A DNA stretch of 40,911 nucleotides, from positions 1 to 40,911 of the forward strand of contig CAYZNJ010000002.1 in assembly GCA_964479745.1 (NCBI GenBank), read 5' to 3'. The stretch comes from an uncultured Candidatus Saccharibacteria bacterium. Its GTDB lineage: Bacteria > Patescibacteriota > Minisyncoccia > 2-02-FULL-40-12 > IGHO2-12-FULL-4. The translations under genes were made by a program, and so were the position numbers. Under the pieces are notes generated by a model. That model worked only from the letters and a program-made list of their open reading frames with translations. It had not been told where the DNA came from and made no database searches. How positions within the stretch are numbered: position 1 is the first letter of the stretch; every line of letters starts with the position of its first letter. Positions 9,101 to 15,563 of the stretch are shown here, piece by piece.

Positions 9101-9693
9101 GTGACGCTTTTGTAACCTTGCGCCACTTCATGGCTGGACAAAGTCGTACCGCAACGAGTGCAAAACGGCACAACTTTGTGTCCTTTGAAAAGCATTTTTT
9201 TATCCCAAACTTTTTTCAAAATCCACCAGAGAGTTTCTATGTAATTTGGGTCGTAGGTGATATAAGGATTTTTAAGATCTAGCCAAAAACCAATGCGTTT
9301 AGTAAACCGCTCCCACTCTTCTTTGTACTTCCAGACGCTCTCTTTCGCCTGCTTGTTGAACTTAGCAATTCCGTATTCCTCAATTTCTTTTTTTGATTTT
9401 AGGCCGAGGGATTTTTCAACCTCAATTTCCACCGGCAAGCCATGGGTGTCCCAACCGGACTTTCTTTCAACATAAAAACCCCGCATTGTTTTATAGCGGC
9501 AGAACAGATCCTTAAAAACTCGGCCGATAAGATGGTGAATTGCCGGTTTAGCATTGGCCGTCGGCGGACCTTCAAAGAAAATAAAAGGTTTGGCTTTTTT
9601 CCGCCGTTCCAGACTTTTTTCAAAAACTTTATTCTTCTCCCAAAAGTCTAAAACTTCTTCTTCAATTTTTTTAAAATTAAATTCGTCTGGCAT
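6130..9693 (-). CDS. ileS: Isoleucine--tRNA ligase carrying a nested histidine-phosphatase-like domain
   Basis: 1187 aa. IleRS motifs: PPTANAKPAIHHLIG (HIGH region), WTTTPWTLPGN (CP1 editing), GTGVVHTA, WAISRERYWGTPLPIW, KMSKSKGN. About 205 extra residues (aa ~502-707) between PLPIWEC.. and ..HRPYIDEV carry RHGFSVKN, SSPFLRTKETA and ILIVSHGD. Confidence 0.95.
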   Translation of the reverse strand: MPDEFNFKKIEEEVLDFWEKNKVFEKSLERRKKAKPFIFFEGPPTANAKPAIHHLIGRVFKDLFCRYKTMRGFYVERKSGWDTHGLPVEIEVEKSLGLKSKKEIEEYGIAKFNKQAKESVWKYKEEWERFTKRIGFWLDLKNPYITYDPNYIETLWWILKKVWDKKMLFKGHKVVPFCTRCGTTLSSHEVAQGYKSVTEGSVFIKFKLTSASASFLGRTCRRPASKEVLAPVQDFYILSWTTTPWTLPGNVALAVGEKIKYAAVRVDGIKELLIVAEDLVNKVFEGHTVERVHSVSGKDLIGLEYESLFEIPKLKSEKSYKIYPADFVTTEDGTGVVHTAVMYGEDDYNLGLKIGLPRHHTVDQTGKFTQDVSELAGRLVKDPETEARILDYLKSKGLLFKEEKYEHDYPFCWRCGTPLLYYATDSWFIGMSKLDKKLIKNNQKVNWYPEHLKEGRFGEWLRGVKDWAISRERYWGTPLPIWECANGHQQVVGSFEDLEKHRWRKKNNYFFMRHGFSVKNSDKIINTKLENDKYPLADEGRKEVEREAMKLKKDGVDAIYSSPFLRTKETAEIVSKSTGAKIYFDERLREISHGSICEGRSESFCLAQHPKPVTSLDYKFGDGESWGDVQKRMINFMLETDKKHEGKNILIVSHGDPLAVLSGSLFGWPDEKLLRVVNNEQRDLYPQKGKFYKAELKNLPWDESGRANPHRPYIDEVFLSCPSCKGKMQRIKEVADVWFDSGAMPYAQWHYPFENRNKIGSAFPADFIAEAIDQTRGWFYTLLAVSTLLGEGPAYKNVLSYSHVLDEKGQKMSKSKGNVVDPWMVMDKFGVDAVRWYFYSVNNPGETKLFSLDEVALRLRGFVMILWNSFRFFELYNLDNKNFTVNFHKTKPASLLDQWIFSRLNQTTEVVAKSMDEYDPTTATRAIESFVTEDFSKWWLRRSRIKFQRPESEESLKESLALLRFLLLEIAKIIAPFTPFIAEKLHHDLHKGASAVTESVHFHNYPSSKDYKLKTINYKLIQDMEEVRKFVALGLAYRKNKQIKVRQPLASAVVKRSEKLAEELETLIKDELNVKNLKYDPKQEEEITIDDRLTLELLQEGWARELLRQVQDMRKEAGYRFNEKVFCQWHTEDGELKNAVASWEEFIKKNALLKDFSLAHAEGDKVFDIQKEFELAPQKKIWLGIKK
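7573..8190 (-). other. Histidine phosphatase (PGAM-like) superfamily domain inserted in-frame in ileS
   Basis: R513-H514-G515-x4-N520 is encoded at 8149-8157 (CGC CAC GGC on the minus strand). SSPFLRTKETA and LREISHGSICEG follow, and the second catalytic His is in IVSHGD (CAT at 7732-7734). There are no intein-like termini. Confidence 0.75.
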
Positions 9694-9727
9694 TTGAGTT
9701 TTGATAAAAAGTTGCTAAAATTGCGGG

Positions 9728-10147
9728 ATGAGGAAAAACTACGGTTTCTGGCTCTTAGTTATTGTTTTTTTAGTAAATATAACTTTCGGATTGGGACTTG
9801 ATTGGTACAAGAAGTTCTGGTTCTTTGATGTAATTCTGCATTTTTTGGGCGGCTTGGGCGTGTATATCGTTGCCCGGGAATATTTTTCTAAAGACTTCAG
9901 GGAAAATTCTTGGATAAGATATTCCTTGCTCTTGGTTGGCATTGTTATGTTTGTTGGAGTTCTTTGGGAGTTCACAGAGTACAACATTAATATCGTCTGG
10001 AGAGCAAGGCTTCAAAACATACAAGTAATAGGCGATTTAGACGACACCATGAAGGACCTTGCTATGGATATGCTTGGCGGCATTATCGGAGCAATTTCAC
10101 ATTTTTTCTGGCATAGAAAGTCCCAAAAGACTCAAACTGTTTCTTAA
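9728..10147 (+). CDS. Small integral membrane protein (about 4 TM), hypothetical
   Basis: 139-aa ORF with ATG start 34 nt from the divergent ileS start. Hydrophobic segments are FWLLVIVFLVNITFGLGL, VILHFLGGLGVYIVA, LLLVGIVMFVGVLW and MLGGIIGAISHFF. Its 3' end overlaps the convergent argS by 51 nt. Confidence 0.6.
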   Translation: MRKNYGFWLLVIVFLVNITFGLGLDWYKKFWFFDVILHFLGGLGVYIVAREYFSKDFRENSWIRYSLLLVGIVMFVGVLWEFTEYNINIVWRARLQNIQVIGDLDDTMKDLAMDMLGGIIGAISHFFWHRKSQKTQTVS

Positions 10148-11707
10148 CACGATAACCGAAGCATAAACCAGCGTCAATCTGGTTTTTTCTTTTTCTTTTT
10201 CAGCGCCGATAACTTTTTGGCTCTCATAAAAACGGTTAACCTTACCGGCTAGATCCAAAATATAAGTCGCCAAATGATGAATCTGATAGTTTTGGCCTAT
10301 TTCCAGCAAAATTTCCGGAAATTTGATCAACTCCTTAACCAACTCCGCTTCTTCTTTTTCCCATGTCGCCTTTTTGGCGATCTTTTTTTCTATTTTAATT
10401 TTCAGCTCTTTGGCTTTCCTCAATATACTTTGCATACGGACAAAAGCATACTGGATATAATAAACGGGGTTTTTGTTTGACTCTTCTTTGGCCAAGTCCA
10501 AATCAAATTCAACATGGCTGTCCATTGATTTAGCCAAAAAGAAAAATTTGACCACATCTGATGGCACTTCTTTAACAAGTTCATCCAAAGTTATAAACCG
10601 GCCGGCCCTTTTGGACATCCTCACTTGCTCCCCTTTTTCCACCAAAGTAACCAGCTGGTAAAGCAAAAAGTTAAACTTTTCTTCGGACAACTTCATGGCT
10701 CTTAGGCCAGATTTTATTCTTGCCACATCTGCGTGATGGTCGGTGCCCAAAATATATATCATCTTATCAAAGCCTCTTTTTAATTTATTTTTAGCGTAAG
10801 CGAAGTCCGATAACAGATAGGTGGTAAAGCCATTTGATTTTTTAATAACCACATCGCTGTCCAAACCGAAGTTCGAAGCCTTGAACCACAAAGCCCCGTC
10901 TTTTTCGTAAGAAAGATTGTTGACTTTCAGATAGTACAGAACATCATCAAGTTCGCCGTGATTTTCCAGCTCGTTTTCCGGAAACCAAACATCGTGTTTA
11001 ACTCCGAAGAGCGCGAGAGAGTCTTTGAGAGAAGCGGTAATTTTTTCAACGGCGTATTTTTGGGCCGATTTAATCAAACTCTCAAAATCATCCAAAGAGC
11101 CATGATAAACTCCTTCTTTTTTTAAGTCTTTGGCAATTTCTAAAATATATTCTCCTTGATACATTTCTTCCGGATAATCCGTTTGCCGTCCGTTCAGCTC
11201 TAAAAATCTCCGAGCAACAGATTCTCCAAGCAAGGCCACTTGCCGGCCGAGGTCGTTTAAAAAATATTCTTTGATAACTTTGTGGCCAAGAAAGTTAAGA
11301 AGTCTGGCCAAACTTTCGCCGTAAGCCGCAGAACGGCCGTTGCCCAGCGTCAGCGGCCCGGTGGGGTTGGCTGAAACAAATTCAAGATTTATTTTTTTGC
11401 CTTTGCCATTTTTCGCTGAACCGTACTTTTCTCCCTTTTTTAAAACTTCCTGCAGTTCCTCATTTAAAACTTCTTCGCTTAAGTGAAAGTTAATAAAACC
11501 TGGCTTAACCAGTTCAATTTTGGAAAAAAGCCGGCTGAATTTTTTATCTTTCTTCAAGTCCGACAAAATTTCCTCGCCTACATCCATGGGGCTTGCTTTT
11601 TTCTCCTTTGCCAAAACCAGAGGCAAATTGCTTGAATAATCGCCAAATCCAGCCGGCGCGAAAGACACCTCCCCGCCCAATTTCTTTTTTATTTCTTCTT
11701 TAATCAC
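10097..11707 (-). CDS. argS: Arginine--tRNA ligase
   Basis: 536 aa. Motifs: SANPTGPLTLGNGR (HIGH region, non-canonical), MSKRAGRFITLDEL (KMSKS-equivalent MSTR-like) and a DALR-type anticodon domain YYIQYAFVRMQSIL ending in ..M, as is usual for ArgRS. Confidence 0.93.
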   Translation of the reverse strand: MIKEEIKKKLGGEVSFAPAGFGDYSSNLPLVLAKEKKASPMDVGEEILSDLKKDKKFSRLFSKIELVKPGFINFHLSEEVLNEELQEVLKKGEKYGSAKNGKGKKINLEFVSANPTGPLTLGNGRSAAYGESLARLLNFLGHKVIKEYFLNDLGRQVALLGESVARRFLELNGRQTDYPEEMYQGEYILEIAKDLKKEGVYHGSLDDFESLIKSAQKYAVEKITASLKDSLALFGVKHDVWFPENELENHGELDDVLYYLKVNNLSYEKDGALWFKASNFGLDSDVVIKKSNGFTTYLLSDFAYAKNKLKRGFDKMIYILGTDHHADVARIKSGLRAMKLSEEKFNFLLYQLVTLVEKGEQVRMSKRAGRFITLDELVKEVPSDVVKFFFLAKSMDSHVEFDLDLAKEESNKNPVYYIQYAFVRMQSILRKAKELKIKIEKKIAKKATWEKEEAELVKELIKFPEILLEIGQNYQIHHLATYILDLAGKVNRFYESQKVIGAEKEKEKTRLTLVYASVIVLRNSLSLLGLSMPEKM

Positions 11708-11761
11708 TTTAAAATCATAGCATTTTGCTTTTAATTTTGGAATATTCTAAAATTGAGTATG

Positions 11762-11974
11762 GAGTTTCGTGAATATTGCTTTTGGAGGCTCTGTGAGTTG
11801 TGGATTGCTAGCCATCGAACTTACAGCCCATTCGCCGTTAGGCGGATAAGCTGTAAGTCTGATGGCGTGGTCTGGACAGCTTTCTTAAGCTGAACAGAAT
11901 CCACATCTCACAAAGAGCGAGTCCCGCCGCTGGAGCGGGACGAGCGTCCGGAAAAAGCAATGTTCAACAAACTC
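11762..11974 (+). repeat. Structured intergenic element, copy B (213 nt), 15 nt upstream of the htrA start
   Basis: Closing arms GAGTTTCGTGAATATTGCTTTT / AAAAAGCAATGTTCAACAAACTC. Nested pairs: GCTCT-GTGAG..GTGGATT with AATCCAC..CTCAC-AA-AGAGC, and CATCGAACTTACAGC with GCTGTAAGTCTGATG. Side hairpins are CAGCTT-TCTT-AAGCTG (11877-11892) and GTCCCGC-CGCTGGA-GCGGGAC (11921-11941). Confidence 0.8.
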
Positions 11975-11989
11975 TACAACTAAACAAAT

Positions 11990-13051
11990 ATGCAATCAGA
12001 CGAAAAACAAACAATAGATATAGTCAAAAAAGTTACGCCGGCGGTGGTTAGCATCAGCGTCAGCAAGAATTTGTCTCAAATCAAGGAGTCGTCTTCCAGT
12101 CAACTTGGACCGGGCTTAAGCCCCTTTCTTTTTGACCAACCTGAAACGAAAGAACTCGGCAAGCCAGAAGACCAGAAAGTAAAAATCGGCGGCGGCTCGG
12201 GTTTTGTCGCTGACTCAAACGGCATAATTTTGACCAACAAACATGTTGTCATTGACCCCGACGCGGAATATGTCGTTATTACCAGCGACGAAAAAGAATA
12301 CGCCGCCAAAGTTTTAACTCGAGATCCGGTAAACGATATTGCTATATTAAAAATAGACGCCAAAGAACTGCCTGTGGCAAAACTCTCAAACTCAAAAATA
12401 GAGCCGGGACAGACAGTCTTGGCAATCGGCAACGCTCTCGGCCTTTTTTCAAATACTGTTTCAAAGGGCATCGTCTCGGGATTAGCACGTAAAATTTCGG
12501 CCGCCATGGGCAGTGAAGGCAACGAACAGCCGGAGGTTGAAGAATTAAGAGGCGTGATCCAAACCGATGTTGCCATCAATCAAGGCAATTCCGGCGGTCC
12601 GTTAATTAACACCGACGGCGAGGTTGTCGGTATAAACACAGCTGTAATTTTCGGCGCTCAAAACATCGGTTTTGCCATTCCGGTTCAGTGGGCTAAAAAA
12701 GATTTAGAAGATTTAATTAAATTCGGCAGAATCATCAGGCCATACATAGGCTTGCGTTACATAATGCTCAATAAAGATTTTCAGAAAAAATACAAGCTAC
12801 CCGTAGATTACGGCGCTTTGATTGTCCAGTCTCATGCCCCCGGCCCGGCCGTGGTTAAAAACTCCCCCGCCGACAAAGCCGGCCTCAAAGAGAATGACAT
12901 TGTCTTGGCAGTTAACAGTGAAAAGATTGACGAAAAGAAAGACCTGGCCGACATGATTCAACTTTTCAAGGCTGGCGATGAGGTCGAACTAACTTGCCTT
13001 CGTAAAGAAAAGGAACACAAAATGAAAGTATTGTTAGAAGAAAGAAAATAA
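11990..13051 (+). CDS. htrA: HtrA/DegP-family serine protease with C-terminal PDZ domain
   Basis: 353 aa. The catalytic triad contexts are TNKHVV, NDIAILKI and GNSGGPLIN. PDZ-like segment GALIVQ...SPADKAGLKENDIVLAVN. There is no N-terminal signal or TM segment, and an in-frame TAA lies at 11981-11983 upstream of the ATG. Confidence 0.9.
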   Translation: MQSDEKQTIDIVKKVTPAVVSISVSKNLSQIKESSSSQLGPGLSPFLFDQPETKELGKPEDQKVKIGGGSGFVADSNGIILTNKHVVIDPDAEYVVITSDEKEYAAKVLTRDPVNDIAILKIDAKELPVAKLSNSKIEPGQTVLAIGNALGLFSNTVSKGIVSGLARKISAAMGSEGNEQPEVEELRGVIQTDVAINQGNSGGPLINTDGEVVGINTAVIFGAQNIGFAIPVQWAKKDLEDLIKFGRIIRPYIGLRYIMLNKDFQKKYKLPVDYGALIVQSHAPGPAVVKNSPADKAGLKENDIVLAVNSEKIDEKKDLADMIQLFKAGDEVELTCLRKEKEHKMKVLLEERK

Positions 13052-13061
13052 AACTTGCCAC

Positions 13062-13090
13062 AAAAAAATCTCGCTAGCGGCGAGATTTTT
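13062..13090. terminator. Bidirectional rho-independent terminator between the convergent htrA and HExxH genes
   Basis: AAAAAAA-TCTCGC-TAGCG-GCGAGA-TTTTT: a GC-rich stem flanked by an A-run and a T-run. Confidence 0.7.
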
Positions 13091-13487
13091 ATTTTGTTTC
13101 TCCTCTGGGCAAAAAGGTTTTTAAAAAATTTCTCTGCTCTTGAGTAAAACCCGTGGAGAGTATTAGTGTTATTTGTTCTATAAAAGACTCTCTGGTCTTA
13201 AAAAAAAGAACATGGCATACCTCGTGAATAAGAGTCTCTAGTTCCTCGTCGCGGTTTTTGTGCTTACTCTTTGCCGAGTTTATGGTAATTTCTATGAAAT
13301 GGCCCCCCGGACCAACTTCCGGTTCCATTAGACCCCAAATAGCTTTTCTGTGCCGATCCTTGGGATAACATAATCTTTTCTTTCTTTTTATTCTTAGTGT
13401 CTCTCGGCGAAGAAAAAAGACAAACTGCTTAAAAATCCAATCCAGCAACTTGTCCCCACTTAGAGGGACTTCGCGCAACGAGATCAT
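13089..13487 (-). CDS. Small hypothetical protein with HExxH motif (possible minimal metallopeptidase)
   Basis: 132-aa ORF. HEVCH sits in the context ELETLIHEVCHVLFF. No other recognisable features. Confidence 0.5.
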   Translation of the reverse strand: MISLREVPLSGDKLLDWIFKQFVFFLRRETLRIKRKKRLCYPKDRHRKAIWGLMEPEVGPGGHFIEITINSAKSKHKNRDEELETLIHEVCHVLFFKTRESFIEQITLILSTGFTQEQRNFLKTFLPRGETK

Positions 13488-13509
13488 GGCCCCTCCTTTT
13501 CAAAGAGCT

Positions 13510-13537
13510 TTGGTTAAAGATTTAAAACCTTTATAAT
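13510..13537 (+). promoter_or_regulatory. Candidate sigma70-type promoter for smpB
   Basis: TTGGTT (13510-13515), 16-nt spacer, TATAAT (13532-13537), 21 nt upstream of the smpB ATG. Confidence 0.4.
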
Positions 13538-13558
13538 ACAAAAGTAACAAAAATCAAA

Positions 13559-14005
13559 ATGACATACGCGACTAATCCCAGAGCGCAATTTGATTACAAC
13601 ATTTTGGAAAAGCTGGAAGCCGGTTTAGTTTTGTCGGGACAAGAAGTAAAGTCAATCAAAAACGGCAAGGTTTCAATCCGAGGCGCTTTTGTAAAAATTT
13701 TAAATAACGAAGCATGGCTTATCAGCGCCGTAATTTCTCCTTACCAGCCCGGCAACACACCGCCGGATTACGACCCTCAACGCACCAGAAAACTTTTGCT
13801 GAAGAAAAAAGAGGTGAATTACCTCTTTGAAAAATCGCAGGAAGCGGGACTGGCTATCGTGCCGCTTAAGCTTTACGGAAAAAAGAATCTGGTTAAACTG
13901 GAAATCGGCCTCGCCCGCGGCAAAAAGAAATACGACAAGCGGGAAACAATCAAGAAACACGAAGAAGAAAAGAAAATTAGGCAAAAATTAAAAAACTACT
14001 TGTAA
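13559..14005 (+). CDS. smpB: SsrA-binding protein SmpB
   Basis: 148 aa. NPRAQFDYNILEKLEAGLVLSGQEVKSIK.GKVSIRGAFV, ..YDPQRTRKLLLKKKE.. and a basic C-terminal tail are typical of SmpB. The tmRNA gene lies about 1.1 kb downstream. Confidence 0.93.
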   Translation: MTYATNPRAQFDYNILEKLEAGLVLSGQEVKSIKNGKVSIRGAFVKILNNEAWLISAVISPYQPGNTPPDYDPQRTRKLLLKKKEVNYLFEKSQEAGLAIVPLKLYGKKNLVKLEIGLARGKKKYDKRETIKKHEEEKKIRQKLKNYL

Positions 14006-15072
14006 ATTTTAGCCAGCGCCGCAAAATTTTCTTTGAAGGGTTCGTTTTCTACCAAAGTCGGAATTTTGTTCAGAAGATACTTGAGAACTTCCACAAAAAT
14101 CTTTTCAGCTCTTTTTGCTCTGGCCCTTCCCTCTCCACCTTTTGCATCAAAAGGGCTTCTTCTTAAAGGAATATCAACAAGCAAAGCTCCCATAACTCTT
14201 TCAAATAAAAGCAGATTAAAGCCTATAAAAAACTGGTTCCTTAGTTCTTTCGGGCAAGTCCCATAAAACGCACCTCTCCATTCTTGAATATCTTCTACCA
14301 CGCCCTCTTTCTCACTGTCATGGACATACATCAGCATATTCCAAACAAAGTAAGCCGCTCCATAAAATTGGGGCAGAGGGACAATCTCGGAGCTTGGCAG
14401 ATAAAAGTTATCGCCTTGAACAACTATGTCGGTATTGCCAAAGTTTTTGAAAAACAACCCCATTTCTAAGTCAGCAATCTCCCCAAGGTCAGTTTCATAA
14501 AACACATACCTGAAAAAATCATCAGCAACAGTTCTTAAAGTTTCCAGTTTTTGTTTACTTGCTTTGCTTTTGCAAGATTTCCCCAACTCAACCCACTTTT
14601 TTAGCCTGTCTCTAAAAAAATCTTCAAAGTTAGCTTTGGATTCCGCTTGCTCTATGCGGGAGAAAACATCAACTGTGTTCCAATACAAGTTAGCAATATT
14701 AAACTTTTCAAGACCGTCAAAAAACGGAAAGTCTCTCAACAATCTTGTTCCATCAACTCTTTCTTTGGTAAACCAGCAACAATCCTCCTCTGTCTTTATC
14801 TCTAAAATACAGGGAAGAAGAATGTGGGGTTTTGGAGCCTTGCTCTGGGCAACTTTGTAACTGCCGTCTAGCAATAAGAAATCTGGATCAATAAAATCCT
14901 TCGGACCAGCAAAAAGAGTTACCGACCCACTTTTGGTAAACCCGTGAATAATTTTACACTTATAATCGTTGGGTCCGAGTTTAGGCATCCAGCCTTTTTG
15001 AGTTGGATCTTCCTTAAAACCAATCTCTTTTGCCACTCGTCTATAAAGTTTCTCCAGTTCTGATTTTTTCAT
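13996..15072 (-). CDS. Hypothetical protein (358 aa); weak resemblance to the kinase/APH-like fold, unverified
   Basis: Long ORF with ATG start. It overlaps the convergent smpB by 10 nt. The segment FFKNFGNTDIVVQGDNFYLP vaguely recalls the HxDxxxxN region of APH-type kinases, but the catalytic residues are not conserved. Confidence 0.55.
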   Translation of the reverse strand: MKKSELEKLYRRVAKEIGFKEDPTQKGWMPKLGPNDYKCKIIHGFTKSGSVTLFAGPKDFIDPDFLLLDGSYKVAQSKAPKPHILLPCILEIKTEEDCCWFTKERVDGTRLLRDFPFFDGLEKFNIANLYWNTVDVFSRIEQAESKANFEDFFRDRLKKWVELGKSCKSKASKQKLETLRTVADDFFRYVFYETDLGEIADLEMGLFFKNFGNTDIVVQGDNFYLPSSEIVPLPQFYGAAYFVWNMLMYVHDSEKEGVVEDIQEWRGAFYGTCPKELRNQFFIGFNLLLFERVMGALLVDIPLRRSPFDAKGGEGRARAKRAEKIFVEVLKYLLNKIPTLVENEPFKENFAALAKIYK

Positions 15073-15108
15073 GCTTAAATAATACCTCTTCTAATTTTCA
15101 AAAAAACA

Positions 15109-15137
15109 TTGACATTAGGTTAACATAGAAGTATAAT
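15109..15137 (+). promoter_or_regulatory. Consensus sigma70 promoter of ssrA
   Basis: Perfect TTGACA (15109-15114), 17-nt spacer, perfect TATAAT (15132-15137), 18 nt before the mature tmRNA 5' end. Confidence 0.8.
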
Positions 15138-15155
15138 TAAATCAAATTTTTTGTC

Positions 15156-15503
15156 GGGCTCGAAAGGCTTCGATAGAGATAAAGTTCATTTAGAGGCAAG
15201 GGAAGGATGGCTATCACCTTCTAAAACTTTAGCCAAAACAAGAAGTGCCAATCAAAATTACGCACTCGCTTACGCTTAATATAGCTTAGGCCGTTTTGCC
15301 CTCAATTCTCACTAGAGGGACAAGGCGTCATCAGTGAGATATATTGTCGGCCCTCGGCTTCGCGGACCGCCAAAGAAACTAACCGAAGCGATCGTTTGGT
15401 TATTTTGCCTGTTCTTACCCAAATGATTAAAAAAATGGGATAACCTTGTAGTCTCTGACTGGCTTAATTTCTAGACGGGATTTCAATATCCCCGAGTCCA
15501 CCA
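15156..15503 (+). ncRNA. ssrA: tmRNA (transfer-messenger RNA), 348 nt, CCA encoded
   Basis: 5' GGGCTCG pairs with 3' CGAGTCC, including the G3-U pair used as the Ala identity element, followed by A-CCA (ends at 15503). GGCTTCGA lies near the 5' end and a T-arm-like GGGAT-TTCAAT-ATCCC before the acceptor 3' strand. The internal tag reading frame is GCC AAT CAA AAT TAC GCA CTC GCT TAC GCT TAA (15247-15279), giving ANQNYALAYA. Confidence 0.9.
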
Positions 15504-15514
15504 TTAACTAAAGC

Positions 15515-15538
15515 AAAAACCGAGCTGACTCGGTTTTT
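15515..15538. terminator. Rho-independent terminator after ssrA, also facing the convergent 777-aa gene
   Basis: AAAAA-CCGAG-CTGA-CTCGG-TTTTT. Confidence 0.75.
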
Positions 15539-15563
15539 GTAATTTATAAACCCTCAATAATTT

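Noticed and set aside
11941-11962. GUCCGGAAAAAGCA in element B (and GUCCGUAAAAAGCA in C) resembles the SRP RNA domain IV motif GGUCCGGAAGGAAGCAGC.
   Set aside because: In SRP RNA the GGAA is the apical tetraloop of a hairpin. Here the segment lies on the 3' arm of the closing stem and pairs with the distant 5' arm, so it is not an SRP RNA.
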